Shown here: positions 54,533 to 63,708 of the stretch, piece after piece | Layout of the letters: every line of letters starts with the position of its first letter | How positions within the stretch are numbered: the first letter of the stretch is position 1 | From: an uncultured Candidatus Saccharibacteria bacterium | GTDB lineage: Bacteria; Patescibacteriota; Minisyncoccia; Minisyncoccales; CAYZYK01 | DNA: 64,000 nucleotides | Assembly (NCBI GenBank): GCA_964507665.1 | Contig: CAZDPT010000003.1 | Location: 3,210-67,209, forward strand | Direction: 5' to 3' | Notes under the pieces: model-generated | What the model was told of the DNA's origin: nothing | Databases searched by the model: none | The model's input: the letters and a program-made list of their open reading frames with translations, nothing else | Translations under genes and position numbers: made by a program

Positions 54533-55096
54533 TTAATTTTGTTTATTTTCTTCTTGCTTTTTCTTTTTTTCAGTGGTTTCAGTCTTCTTTTCTTTCTCCT
54601 CGGAATTCTCTTCTCTCTTTTTAAGCTTGTTTTTCAATAACTTAAATGCTTCAATTGTTGCTTTAGCGTTGTTCAATTTATTTTTTGATCTTGAAATAAT
54701 CTTAGAAGAAATATCTCTAATTCCAGCTAAATCACAAATTGTTCTGACTACACTTCCTGCCACCAAACCTCTTCCTTTAGTTTGAGGTTTAAGTAAAATT
54801 TCAGCTGGACCATACTTTGTTTTTACCGAAAATGGAATAGAACCCTCCATAACAGGAACAGAAATCATATTCTTTTTGGCCACCCTCTTTGCTTTCTCAA
54901 TGGCCTGAGCAACATCAGAGCCTTTATCTACCCCTATACCAACTTTTCCTTTTTTATCTCCAATAGCAACCGTAGCTCGAAAGCTCAGTCTCCTCCCCCC
55001 AGCAGTAACTCTTGTTACTCTGGCAATATCTAAGACTTCGGAAGCAAATTCCTTCTCTTTTCTTTTATTCTTTTTTCTTTTATTTTTTTTAGGCAT
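54533..55096 (-). CDS. rpsE: 30S ribosomal protein S5 with Lys/Glu-rich extensions at both ends
   Basis: VTRVTAGGRRLSFRATVAIGD and GRGLVAGSVVRTICDLAGI. Confidence 0.95.
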   Translation of the reverse strand: MPKKNKRKKNKRKEKEFASEVLDIARVTRVTAGGRRLSFRATVAIGDKKGKVGIGVDKGSDVAQAIEKAKRVAKKNMISVPVMEGSIPFSVKTKYGPAEILLKPQTKGRGLVAGSVVRTICDLAGIRDISSKIISRSKNKLNNAKATIEAFKLLKNKLKKREENSEEKEKKTETTEKKKKQEENKQN

Positions 55097-55121
55097 AATA
55101 ATTTTTCAAATTTTAATAATC

Positions 55122-55511
55122 TTAAAATTCTAATCCTCCCTCTCTGGCCCCCTCAGCTAAAGCCCTTACTCTTCCATGATAAGCATAAGGACCTCTATCA
55201 AAAACTACTTTCTTAATTTTTTCTTTTTTCGCTTTCTCAGAAATAAGTTTTCCAACTCCGAAAGCTTCTCTTACTTTTCTGGTTAACTCTTTTTTTGATT
55301 TTTTATTAATTTTGTTTTTGTTTTTGTTTTTCAATTCTAAATCATTAGCTGAAATCAAAGTTTTTCCTTTCTCATCATCAATTAGTTGAGCATAAATATG
55401 CTTTGAAGAACGAAAAACTGAAAGGCGAGGTCTTTGGGATGTTCCCCTTGTTTTAGCCCTAGTTCTTCTTTTTCTTCTTTGAGATTTTTCTTTTTTTGAA
55501 TTAATCTTCAT
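55122..55511 (-). CDS. rplR: 50S ribosomal protein L18
   Basis: [20 protein letters not shown] and [19 protein letters not shown]. Confidence 0.95.
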   Translation of the reverse strand: MKINSKKEKSQRRKRRTRAKTRGTSQRPRLSVFRSSKHIYAQLIDDEKGKTLISANDLELKNKNKNKINKKSKKELTRKVREAFGVGKLISEKAKKEKIKKVVFDRGPYAYHGRVRALAEGAREGGLEF

Positions 55512-55523
55512 TTTTAGATCAGT

Positions 55524-56081
55524 TTATTGTTCTAAGGTTACAGCTTTCTTACCTTCTTTTCTCCTAATTTTCTCACCCACATACTTTATCCCTTTTGCCT
55601 TGTAAGGATCAGCCTTCCTAACTCCCCTTATTTCGGCAGCAATTCTTCCTACTTTTTCTTTATTTATCCCCGAAACAGTAATAACATTTCTCTTAACTGA
55701 AAATTCTATTCCTTCCGAAGATTTTATTTCCACTGGATGAGAAAAACCAAGATTCAAAATCAAATCATCACCCTTAACTTCAGCTTTATAACCCACGCCC
55801 TTAATTTCTAATTTTTTCTCAAAACCTTCAGTAACTCCAATCAGAGCATTCTTAATTAAAGTTCTGTATAATCCCCAAAGCGCCTTTATTTTCTTTGGAG
55901 CTTCAGTAAAATCCCTTTTAAGAGATACAAAAATCTGCCCATCCTTTATCTCTGTTTTAATCTCTGGATGAATTTCTCTTATTATTTCACCTTTAGGACC
56001 TGAAATTACCAAATTACCGTTCTTTTTTTTAACGGTTACCTCTTTTGAAATTTCAATTGGTTGTTTGCCTATTCTTGACAT
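55524..56081 (-). CDS. rplF: 50S ribosomal protein L6
   Basis: Canonical N-terminus MSRIGKQPI at the ATG at 56081. The ORF track starts 5 codons earlier at a GTG. Confidence 0.93.
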   Translation of the reverse strand: MSRIGKQPIEISKEVTVKKKNGNLVISGPKGEIIREIHPEIKTEIKDGQIFVSLKRDFTEAPKKIKALWGLYRTLIKNALIGVTEGFEKKLEIKGVGYKAEVKGDDLILNLGFSHPVEIKSSEGIEFSVKRNVITVSGINKEKVGRIAAEIRGVRKADPYKAKGIKYVGEKIRRKEGKKAVTLEQ

Positions 56082-56099
56082 AAATTTATTAATCACTTT

Positions 56100-56492
56100 T
56101 TACCAAATTTTAACTAAAAGTTCACCCCCTAAGTTTTTCTTTCTTGCTTCTTTACCTGTCATTACACCCTCTGGAGTTGAAATTATAGAAATTCCATAAC
56201 CTCTTTTAACAGAAGGAATATCAGAACTTTTTCTATAAATTCTCTGACCCGGTTTTGAAATTCTTTTTGCTTTAAAAATAGCAGGAATCTCTTCAGAAGT
56301 GTATTTTAAAGTTAATTCTATCTTTTTCTTTTTTCTTTTTTTTCTTTTCCTAACCTTCTTCACAAAATTTTCTTTTTTCAAAATTTTTGCTATCTCAAGT
56401 TTTAAATTTGAAAAAGGAATATATACTTTCTTCTTAGAAACAGCTTGGGCATTCCTTATTCTATTAAACATATCAGTTATTGGATCTGTCAT
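56100..56492 (-). CDS. rpsH: 30S ribosomal protein S8
   Basis: TDPITDMFNRIRNA and GGELLVKIW. Confidence 0.95.
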   Translation of the reverse strand: MTDPITDMFNRIRNAQAVSKKKVYIPFSNLKLEIAKILKKENFVKKVRKRKKRKKKKIELTLKYTSEEIPAIFKAKRISKPGQRIYRKSSDIPSVKRGYGISIISTPEGVMTGKEARKKNLGGELLVKIW

Positions 56493-56510
56493 AATTTAAG
56501 ATTAAATTTA

Positions 56511-56696
56511 TTACCAAGAGGATTTTTTAACTCCAGGAATTTTACCTTCATTAGCCAATTCCCGAAAACATATTCGACACAGACCAAATTTTCTCATATA
56601 GCCCCGAGCTCTTCCACATCTAAAACAGCGTCGAACCTTTCTGGTCGAATATTTTGGTTTCTTTTTTGATTTTGCAATTTTTGATTTCCTGGCCAT
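56511..56696 (-). CDS. rpsN: 30S ribosomal protein S14, zinc-binding type Z
   Basis: 61 aa with [20 protein letters not shown]. Confidence 0.95.
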   Translation of the reverse strand: MARKSKIAKSKKKPKYSTRKVRRCFRCGRARGYMRKFGLCRICFRELANEGKIPGVKKSSW

Positions 56697-56704
56697 AATG
56701 TAGT

Positions 56705-57262
56705 TTAAGTTTTTATAGGAAAACCTAATAATTTAAATAATTCCAGGCCTTCCTCTTTGCTGTCAGCATCAGTCACAATTGTAACTTCAAAACCTAAAAT
56801 AGTTTTCTCTTTTTCTGTAAATATTTCTGGAAATGATATATGTTCTTTAATTCCAATAGTTAAATTTCCTTTTTGATCTATTGATTTCTGGGGTATACCT
56901 TTGAAATCTCGAGAACGAGGAAGAGCTAAATAAATTAATTTTTCTAAAAAACCGTACATTTTTTTACCTCTTAGAGTAACTTTAGCTGCAATTTCTGCTC
57001 CTTCCCTTAGAGAAAACCCAGAAATTGACTTCCTAGCTTTTACTAATTTCGGTTTCTGAGCTGTTATGCTTGCTAAATCTTTTAAAACAATCTTTTTAAT
57101 TTTATCTTTTTCTTTCTGTGTTTTATCTGAAACTAATTTTCCAAAACAAGAATTAACTATTACCTTTTTTATCTTAGGTACTGCCAGTGAATTTTTATAA
57201 TCAAATTCCTTCTTCATAGCAGAAACCACCTCTTTTTTATATTTTTCTTTTAATCTTAGCAT
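56705..57262 (-). CDS. rplE: 50S ribosomal protein L5
   Basis: LKEKYKKEV...PKIKKVIVN and [15 protein letters not shown]. Confidence 0.95.
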   Translation of the reverse strand: MLRLKEKYKKEVVSAMKKEFDYKNSLAVPKIKKVIVNSCFGKLVSDKTQKEKDKIKKIVLKDLASITAQKPKLVKARKSISGFSLREGAEIAAKVTLRGKKMYGFLEKLIYLALPRSRDFKGIPQKSIDQKGNLTIGIKEHISFPEIFTEKEKTILGFEVTIVTDADSKEEGLELFKLLGFPIKT

Positions 57263-57280
57263 AATCTAAAAAGATTCAAT

Positions 57281-57586
57281 TTAAATTTCTTGTCCACATT
57301 TTTTACAAACTCTATATTTTTTACCCTTCTCTTGTTTATAACCTATCTTAGTTGTTTTTTTACATTTAGGACAAATAATCTTCACATTAGAAACATCAAC
57401 TGGAGCTGGTTTTTTAACAATCTGGCCCTTCTCTCTTGCCTTCTTGGGTCGGATATGCTTTTTAACCAAATTAAGCCCTTCAACCAAAATACTTTTTTGT
57501 TTTGGTAAGACTTTTAAAACCTTACCTGTCCTACCTCTATCTTTACCTTTAGTTATTAAAACTGTATCGTTTCTTTTTATCTTCAT
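57281..57586 (-). CDS. rplX: 50S ribosomal protein L24 with cysteine (zinc-ribbon) C-terminus
   Basis: KOW motif ITKGKDRGRTGKVLKV and the C-terminal CPKC...CKKC. Confidence 0.93.
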   Translation of the reverse strand: MKIKRNDTVLITKGKDRGRTGKVLKVLPKQKSILVEGLNLVKKHIRPKKAREKGQIVKKPAPVDVSNVKIICPKCKKTTKIGYKQEKGKKYRVCKKCGQEI

Positions 57587-57606
57587 AAAAATAGAATAAA
57601 TTAAAA

Positions 57607-57975
57607 TTAAATCATATCTGAGGCCAAGCCCGCTATATTCTCAAATCCTTTCTCTTTTACCTCCAAAGCTACAGGACCAAAAATCCTACTACCCTTTGAT
57701 TGTTCCCCTTCTCCTAAAACCACAACAGCATTATCATCGAATCGGATATAAGAGCCATCCTTCCTTTTATAATTTTTCTTCTGTCTCACCACTACTGCTC
57801 TCACTATCTCGTGTTTTTTAACTGCTTTTCGAGGCTCTGCTTTCACTACAGATCCCACAATAACATCTCCTAATTGAGCATATCTCCTACTACTTCCTCC
57901 AATTACCTGGATACAACGAATAATTTTTGCACCACTATTATCAGCTACTTTTAAAAGGGTTTCTTTTTGAATCAT
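57607..57975 (-). CDS. rplN: 50S ribosomal protein L14
   Basis: MIQKETLLKVADNSGAK. Confidence 0.96.
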   Translation of the reverse strand: MIQKETLLKVADNSGAKIIRCIQVIGGSSRRYAQLGDVIVGSVVKAEPRKAVKKHEIVRAVVVRQKKNYKRKDGSYIRFDDNAVVVLGEGEQSKGSRIFGPVALEVKEKGFENIAGLASDMI

Positions 57976-58000
57976 AATATTTCCAAGAATGAAATAACTT

Positions 58001-58246
58001 TTATTTTTTATCTTTTATTTTCTTCAGAACTTTCCATCTTTTTCCTTTACTTCTTGGTCTTTCTTCTTCAATAACTACTTTATCTCCTATCTTATAATTA
58101 TTTTCAGGATCATGAACCTTAAACTTTTTGGATACTTCATATCGCTTTTTATACCTGGGGTGCTTCTTTATTCTCTCCACCTCAATTACTATTGTTTTCT
58201 GCATTTTATCGGAAACTACAGTTCCTTTTAATCTACGTTTTGACAT
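58001..58246 (-). CDS. rpsQ: 30S ribosomal protein S17
   Basis: LKGTVVSDKMQKTIVIEVER...HPRYKK. Confidence 0.95.
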   Translation of the reverse strand: MSKRRLKGTVVSDKMQKTIVIEVERIKKHPRYKKRYEVSKKFKVHDPENNYKIGDKVVIEEERPRSKGKRWKVLKKIKDKK

Positions 58247-58248
58247 AA

Positions 58249-58443
58249 TTATTTCTTATTTCTCTTTTGATTTAAAATGGTTAATATTCTTGCAATTTCT
58301 TTTTTAGTTCTTTTAATCTGCTGAACATTTTTCAGTTTATTAGCATTAACTCTAAATCTCAAATCTCTCAATTTTTCTCTTGATTCTTGGAGGATTTTTT
58401 GTAATTCGGACTCACTTTTTTTTCTAACTTCTGTTGCTTTCAT
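58249..58443 (-). CDS. rpmC: 50S ribosomal protein L29
   Basis: MKATEVRKKSESELQKILQESREKLRDLRF. I use the internal ATG at 58443. The longer ORF (to 58536) would overlap rplL16 coding sequence. Confidence 0.9.
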   Translation of the reverse strand: MKATEVRKKSESELQKILQESREKLRDLRFRVNANKLKNVQQIKRTKKEIARILTILNQKRNKK

Positions 58444-58450
58444 CTTAATT

Positions 58451-58861
58451 TTATCTTTTAATAAATTTTGTCTTAACTGGCAATTTATGTGATGCTTTAC
58501 GAAAAGCATCTCTTGCTTCTTCCTCTGGAATTCCATCTAACTCAAAAATAATTCTTCCGGGCTTTATTGGATAAACAAAATGATCAACACTTCCTTTACC
58601 CCCGCCCATAGGAACTTCTACCCCCTTATTGGTTACGGGTTTGTTTGGGAAAATTCTAATCCAAAGTTTTCCTCCTTTTTTAAGATAGCGAATTATAGTT
58701 CTTCTTGCTGCTTCTATCTGGCGGGAGGTAATCCATTTTTTACCTAATGATTTCAAACCATAACTGCCAAAGGCAAGTTCGTAACCTCTAGAAGCAGAAC
58801 CTTTTGAGGTTCCTTTCTGTTTCTTCCTGTGTTTCACTTTTTTGGGCATTAAAATTGCCAT
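58451..58861 (-). CDS. rplP: 50S ribosomal protein L16
   Basis: [14 protein letters not shown] and [10 protein letters not shown]. The ATG at 58861 is preferred over the TTG at 58885. Confidence 0.92.
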   Translation of the reverse strand: MAILMPKKVKHRKKQKGTSKGSASRGYELAFGSYGLKSLGKKWITSRQIEAARRTIIRYLKKGGKLWIRIFPNKPVTNKGVEVPMGGGKGSVDHFVYPIKPGRIIFELDGIPEEEARDAFRKASHKLPVKTKFIKR

Positions 58862-58893
58862 AGGATTATAAACAGTTTTACTCAATAATTAAT

Positions 58894-59553
58894 TTATTCT
58901 CTCTCCCCTTTATAAATCCAGACCTTAATTCCAATTGCTCCATAACTACAATAAGCTTCATCAAAAGCATAATCAATATCAGCTCTTATGGTCTGACGTG
59001 GAAGTCGACCTTTCTTTAGCCATTCTGTCCTAGCAATCTCCGCCCCATTTAATCTTCCCGAAACCTGTACTCGAGCTCCTTTTATTTCTTTATTAGACAT
59101 AATTTTATTGAGGCTTCTTTTTAATACTCTGCGGTAAGGAGTTCTTTTCTCAATTTGTTCTGCCATCCATCGAGCAACAAGAGAAGCTGAAGTCCATGGA
59201 TTTCTTACTTCTTTAATCTCAATTTTTAATTTAGATAAAGAATCAGAATTACTATTTTTTCTTTTTTGAAATAGTTTTTTCTGTAATAAGTTTCTCAAAG
59301 TCTCCACTCCTTTACCTCCTCTACCAATAACAAGTCCAGGTCTTGAACTTTTAATAATAATTTTTATTTCATTTTTTGAACGTTCAATTTCAATATTTTC
59401 TATCCCTGCCTTTTTTAGTTTATTCTCAATAAAATTTCTAATTACAAGATCTTCCTCAAGATATTGAGGCATATCTTTACCATAAAAACCACGAGTATCC
59501 CAATCCTCGGTTTTCTTAATTCTATATATTTTTGGATTAACGTTATGTGACAT
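58894..59553 (-). CDS. rpsC: 30S ribosomal protein S3
   Basis: KH domain (IEIERSKNEIKIIIKSSRPGLVIGRGG) and C-terminal GRLNGAEIARTEW. Confidence 0.95.
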   Translation of the reverse strand: MSHNVNPKIYRIKKTEDWDTRGFYGKDMPQYLEEDLVIRNFIENKLKKAGIENIEIERSKNEIKIIIKSSRPGLVIGRGGKGVETLRNLLQKKLFQKRKNSNSDSLSKLKIEIKEVRNPWTSASLVARWMAEQIEKRTPYRRVLKRSLNKIMSNKEIKGARVQVSGRLNGAEIARTEWLKKGRLPRQTIRADIDYAFDEAYCSYGAIGIKVWIYKGERE

Positions 59554-59617
59554 TTTTCTTTTTTTTCTAAAAATTTAAACAATTAATCTTATATTATTTT
59601 TAGAACTTTATCAATAG

Positions 59618-60130
59618 TTAAAATGATTTTCTCCTAAATATTTTCTTTGGACCTGGTTTTGGTCTCGGTTTCTGAGTTTTCTTCTTGAGTTTTGGCCTTT
59701 TCTTTCTTTTTTCTCTAGGTTTCTTTGTTTTCTTCTTTGTTTTCTTTTCCTTTGTTTTCTCTTTGTCGGGTTTAGACTTTTTAACTTTCTTCTTTTTCTT
59801 AATTTCTTCAAGAGTAATTGTAACATGGGAACCTCTTTTCAAAATCTGAGCTGGTTGGCCCCGAGATTCCTCTCTCCATCTTTTCAATTTTGGAGCCTCA
59901 TCAACTGTTATTTTAGAGATATAAAGGTTTGATTTCTCTTGCTGAAAATTTTTTTGAGCAGAATCAACACCTGATTTTAAAAGTTTCTGAAGGGGTTGGG
60001 CTGCCTTTTTTAAAACAAAATCTAACATTGCCTCAGCTTGAGAAACCTTCTTTTCCCTTATTAAATCAGCAACTTGTCTTACTTTTCGGGGAGCAATTCT
60101 TAAATGTTTTAACTTTACTGTAACTTCCAT
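59618..60130 (-). CDS. rplV: 50S ribosomal protein L22 with a ~60-aa Lys-rich C-terminal tail
   Basis: LKHLRIAPRKVRQVADLIR core, then KKKKKVKKSKPDKEKTKEKKTKKKTKKPREKRKKRPKLKKK. Confidence 0.95.
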   Translation of the reverse strand: MEVTVKLKHLRIAPRKVRQVADLIREKKVSQAEAMLDFVLKKAAQPLQKLLKSGVDSAQKNFQQEKSNLYISKITVDEAPKLKRWREESRGQPAQILKRGSHVTITLEEIKKKKKVKKSKPDKEKTKEKKTKKKTKKPREKRKKRPKLKKKTQKPRPKPGPKKIFRRKSF

Positions 60131-60144
60131 TTTATAACTTAAAA

Positions 60145-60471
60145 TTATTCTTTTTCTTGAGATTTAAGTCTCCGTCTTTCTTTCTCAGCTGCTTCAGCCT
60201 CAAGCTCTCTTTGTACCCTCCCGCCATGTCGAGTAAACTTAGTGGTTGGTGCAAATTCACCTAATTTGTGACCCACCATTTTTTCTGTAATATGAACAGG
60301 AACATGTTCCCGACCATTATGAACTCCAAAAGTGAATCCTACCATCTCAGGGGTAATAGTACAAGCCCGAGCCCATGTTTTAATTATTTTCTTGTCCCCT
60401 TTTTTTACCTTTTTCATCTTTTTCAAGATGTTGGAATCGATATAAGGACCTTTTTTTAAACTTCTTGACAT
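60145..60471 (-). CDS. rpsS: 30S ribosomal protein S19
   Basis: [11 protein letters not shown] and [13 protein letters not shown]. Confidence 0.95.
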   Translation of the reverse strand: MSRSLKKGPYIDSNILKKMKKVKKGDKKIIKTWARACTITPEMVGFTFGVHNGREHVPVHITEKMVGHKLGEFAPTTKFTRHGGRVQRELEAEAAEKERRRLKSQEKE

Positions 60472-60486
60472 ATTCTTATATTAATT

Positions 60487-61311
60487 TTATTTTTTTCTTC
60501 TTTTAATAATAAGTTTATCTGTCCATTTCTTTTTCTTGCGGGTTTTCACTCCTCTGGCAGGCTTCCCTGAGGGTGTCTTTGGATGTTTTAATCCAATTGG
60601 AGCTCTACCTTCTCCACCTCCATGAGGATGATCGTGAGGAGTCATAGCACTTCCTCTAACTGTAGGTCTTTTTCCTTTCCAACGACTCCTGCCTGCTTTT
60701 CCTATTTTAACAAAGCGATGTTCTGAATTAGAAACTAATCCTATTGAGGCAAAACATCTATTATCGATCTTCCTTACTTCCGTTGAAGGCATTTTAAGAT
60801 GGGTATATTTATTTTTTTGAGCTAAAATTTGAGCTCCTGTACCAGCTGCTCTTACAGTTTTTCCTCCTCTTTCTGGCTCTAATTCAATATTATAAACCAT
60901 GGTTCCAACTGGAATGTTTTTCAACCTTGCTCTATTTCCTATCTTGACGGGAGTCTCATCTGAACATATTATATCATTGCCTTTTTTTAATCCATTAGGG
61001 GCTAAAATATATCTTTTATCTCCATCCTCATATTCTACAAGAGCCAGAAAGGATGTTCTATTCGGATCATATTCTAGGGCTATTACTTTTCCGGGAATAT
61101 CCATTTTCTCTTCTCCAAAATCAACAATTCTGTAACGCCTTTTAGAACCCCCTCCTTTATGGCGGACAGTTACTTTCCCACTACTTCCCCTACCTCCTTT
61201 TTTGGAAAGGGGCTTTAAAAGTTTTTTCTCAGGAGGTTTTTTATCAAGGCTCGAAAAATCTTCCTTTGTCATACCTCTTCTTCCTGGTGTAATTGGTTTT
61301 TCTTTTTTCAT
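60487..61311 (-). CDS. rplB: 50S ribosomal protein L2
   Basis: VRGSAMTPHDHPHGGGEG. Confidence 0.96.
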   Translation of the reverse strand: MKKEKPITPGRRGMTKEDFSSLDKKPPEKKLLKPLSKKGGRGSSGKVTVRHKGGGSKRRYRIVDFGEEKMDIPGKVIALEYDPNRTSFLALVEYEDGDKRYILAPNGLKKGNDIICSDETPVKIGNRARLKNIPVGTMVYNIELEPERGGKTVRAAGTGAQILAQKNKYTHLKMPSTEVRKIDNRCFASIGLVSNSEHRFVKIGKAGRSRWKGKRPTVRGSAMTPHDHPHGGGEGRAPIGLKHPKTPSGKPARGVKTRKKKKWTDKLIIKRRKK

Positions 61312-61330
61312 AATTTAAAAATAATAGTTT

Positions 61331-61747
61331 TTACAATATTTCAATATTTTGACCTTCTTTTATCTTAACTACTGCTTTTTTAAATCCTTTCTTTGAACCT
61401 TCAATTCTACCTTTGTTTCTTGGTTTGGGAGGGATTTTTATCAGATTAACTTTTATAACATCAACCCCATAAACATCTTCAATTACTCTTTTTATTTCTG
61501 GTTTATTAGCATCAGGAAATACCTCAAAAACATATTGATTGTTTTCTGCTAATTCAGTTGCTTTCTCTGAAATATGAGGCCTTCTCAATACTCTATAGGC
61601 TGGAGAGCCCTGCTTTGTCTTTTTTACCTTCTTTTTCTTCTTGGGAGTTGGTTTCTCATCTTTTCTTTTCTTCTTCTGAGGTTTTTCTTTCTCTTTTTCT
61701 TTTTTTCTCTTTTTTTTCTTTCTCTTTAAAAAATCTAGTAATGGCAT
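61331..61747 (-). CDS. rplW: 50S ribosomal protein L23 with a ~50-aa Lys-rich N-terminal extension
   Basis: Core VLRRPHISEKATELAENNQYVFEV...KKAVVKIKEGQ. Confidence 0.93.
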   Translation of the reverse strand: MPLLDFLKRKKKKRKKEKEKEKPQKKKRKDEKPTPKKKKKVKKTKQGSPAYRVLRRPHISEKATELAENNQYVFEVFPDANKPEIKRVIEDVYGVDVIKVNLIKIPPKPRNKGRIEGSKKGFKKAVVKIKEGQNIEIL

Positions 61748-61749
61748 AG

Positions 61750-62397
61750 TTAAGTTTTATTTTTTTGTTTTAAAAATGTTTCCTTAATTTTATTAATCGC
61801 CTCTTTTGGTAACACTAGATACTTAAAACTGAGTAAATCCAAAGCATTCAAATTTCTAGCTTCAATCACTTCTACCCCCGGAAGGTTTCTTGAAGATAAT
61901 ACAATATTCTTGTTGTGTTCGGGTAAAGCGATTAAGCAATTTTCTTTATCTAAAGGTAACTTTTCTAAAATTTCTGCTATTCTCTTTGTTTTAATTTTAT
62001 CTGCTTCTAATTTGTCTAAGATAATAAGGAGTTTATCCTTAGCTTTAGCAGAAAGAACTATAAACAAGGCCTTTCTTTTCATTTTTTTAGGAATCTTCTC
62101 TTTAAAAACTCTTTCTTTTCTGGGACCAAAAGTAACTCCACCCCCTTTCCAAATAGGTGAACGAATGGAGCCGTGTCTGGCTCTGCCCGTTCCTTTCTGA
62201 CGCCAGGGTTTTCTACCCCCACCTCTTTTTTCACTTCTGTCTTTTGAGTGAGCAATATTTCTTCTTCTATTTGCTCTTTGGGAAACAACAACTTGATAAA
62301 CCAAATCAGAATTTAGATCCACACCAAAAATATCTTTGGGTAATCTTGTTTTTTTCTTTTTCTTTTCTCCTTCTTGATTATAAATATCAACAAGCAT
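61750..62397 (-). CDS. rplD: 50S ribosomal protein L4
   Basis: GGGRKPWRQKGTGRARHGSIRSPIWKGGG. Confidence 0.95.
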   Translation of the reverse strand: MLVDIYNQEGEKKKKKTRLPKDIFGVDLNSDLVYQVVVSQRANRRRNIAHSKDRSEKRGGGRKPWRQKGTGRARHGSIRSPIWKGGGVTFGPRKERVFKEKIPKKMKRKALFIVLSAKAKDKLLIILDKLEADKIKTKRIAEILEKLPLDKENCLIALPEHNKNIVLSSRNLPGVEVIEARNLNALDLLSFKYLVLPKEAINKIKETFLKQKNKT

Positions 62398-62419
62398 AAT
62401 AAATAATAATTAATTGGTC

Positions 62420-63028
62420 TTATCCTTTGATTTCAAGTAATGTTCCTCTGTGCCCGGGAACAGCTCCCTTTACTGCCAATATATTACTTTTTTTATCTAC
62501 TTTTATTACTTCTAAATTTTTAATTGTTTTTCTTTCAGCACCTGTTCTTCCTGGCATTTTTTTTCCTTTAACAACTCTCTGTGGAAAAGCAGAACCAATA
62601 GAACCCAAGGTTCTGTGTTCATGCTTTACGCCATGAGTAGCTCCTCTTCCCGAAAAACCCCATCTTTTAACTGCTCCCTGAAACCCTTTTCCTTTGGATA
62701 TTCCTGAAACATCAACCTTATCTCCTTTTTTAAAAACAGAAACATCAATTTTATCACCAGTTTTTAATTTTTCAAAATCTTCTTTATTCTCAATTCTCTC
62801 TTCTTTTATATATTTATACTCTTTACCTTTCATTGTTTTTTTAATTTTCTTTTTCTTTCTAATCTTTTTAAATCCTAATTGTACAGCTCTGTAATTATCT
62901 TTATCTTTTGTTTTTTTTTGTAAGACAAAACAAGGTCCTGCGGTAATTAAAGTTACAGGAATTAAATTTCCTTCTTCATCAAAAATTTGAGACATCTCAA
63001 CTTTTTTTCCAAGGATAAATTTAGACAT
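62420..63028 (-). CDS. rplC: 50S ribosomal protein L3
   Basis: KGKGFQGAVKRWGF and GSIGSAFPQRVVKGKKMPG. Confidence 0.95.
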   Translation of the reverse strand: MSKFILGKKVEMSQIFDEEGNLIPVTLITAGPCFVLQKKTKDKDNYRAVQLGFKKIRKKKKIKKTMKGKEYKYIKEERIENKEDFEKLKTGDKIDVSVFKKGDKVDVSGISKGKGFQGAVKRWGFSGRGATHGVKHEHRTLGSIGSAFPQRVVKGKKMPGRTGAERKTIKNLEVIKVDKKSNILAVKGAVPGHRGTLLEIKG

Positions 63029-63062
63029 TTTTAATACTTAATTGTGATTTCTACTTTTAATC

Positions 63063-63084
63063 AAAAAACCGGGCATAGCCCGGC
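63063..63084 (-). terminator. strong hairpin plus T6 between rpsJ and rplC (terminator or attenuator)
   Basis: Minus strand: CCGGGC-TAT-GCCCGG (63083-63069), followed by TTTTTT (63068-63063). Confidence 0.6.
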
Positions 63085-63189
63085 TTTTGCCTTAACTATG
63101 CTCTAAAATAATTATTTTAATAAATTAATTTCAACATTTTAAATGTTTGAAAATATTATAAGTTAGGTTCTGAAAACAATTCTTGTTAG

Positions 63190-63597
63190 TTAAGTTACTA
63201 TCTGAATATCCACCCCAGAAGGTAAAGTTAAGTCCTTCAAGGCATCAAGAATTTCAGTTGAAGGACTTAAAATATCAATCAATCTTTTATGAATTCTCAT
63301 TTCATATTGCTCCCTTGAATCTTCATGAATAAAAGTAGATCTGTTTACTGTAAACTTATGTATTTCTGTAGGTAAAGGAACAGGACCCACCACTTCAGCA
63401 CCATATCTCAAAGCGATATCAATAATCTCTCTAGCGCTTTTATCTATAATTTTATGATCGTAAGCACGAAGTTTTATACGGAGACTTGGTTTCTCTTCCT
63501 TTTTTTTCTTTTTTTTCTTGCTTCCGCTCTTTTTAGATTTCTTTGTCTTACGGGAAGCTGCCTTTTTTTTAGTAGCAGTTGATTTTTTAGGTGTCAT
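63190..63597 (-). CDS. rpsJ: 30S ribosomal protein S10 with a ~36-aa Lys-rich N-terminal extension
   Basis: Core LRIKLRAYDHKIIDKSAREIID...GPVPLPTE. Confidence 0.95.
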   Translation of the reverse strand: MTPKKSTATKKKAASRKTKKSKKSGSKKKKKKKEEKPSLRIKLRAYDHKIIDKSAREIIDIALRYGAEVVGPVPLPTEIHKFTVNRSTFIHEDSREQYEMRIHKRLIDILSPSTEILDALKDLTLPSGVDIQIVT

Positions 63598-63708
63598 CTT
63601 AAAACACTATCTTCTCCAATTAAATTTTTAATTGAAACATTTAGAATGAAAATATTTTATAGATTTTTAAGCTATCTTCTTTAACTTCTACAAAATTTAA
63701 ATCTCTCC

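Noticed and set aside
58444-58536. A 31-codon N-terminal extension of the L29 ORF (ORF track start 58536).
   Set aside because: It would overlap the 3' end of rplP in another frame. The canonical L29 N-terminus (MKATEVRKKS) begins at the ATG at 58443, just after the rplP stop.
59611-59826. Lys/Arg-rich alternative-frame ORFs (59611-59826, 24279-24464, 62079-62291).
   Set aside because: They are frame-shifted readings of the A-rich tracts that encode the Lys-rich tails of L22, GyrB and L4. The main frames carry the conserved domains.
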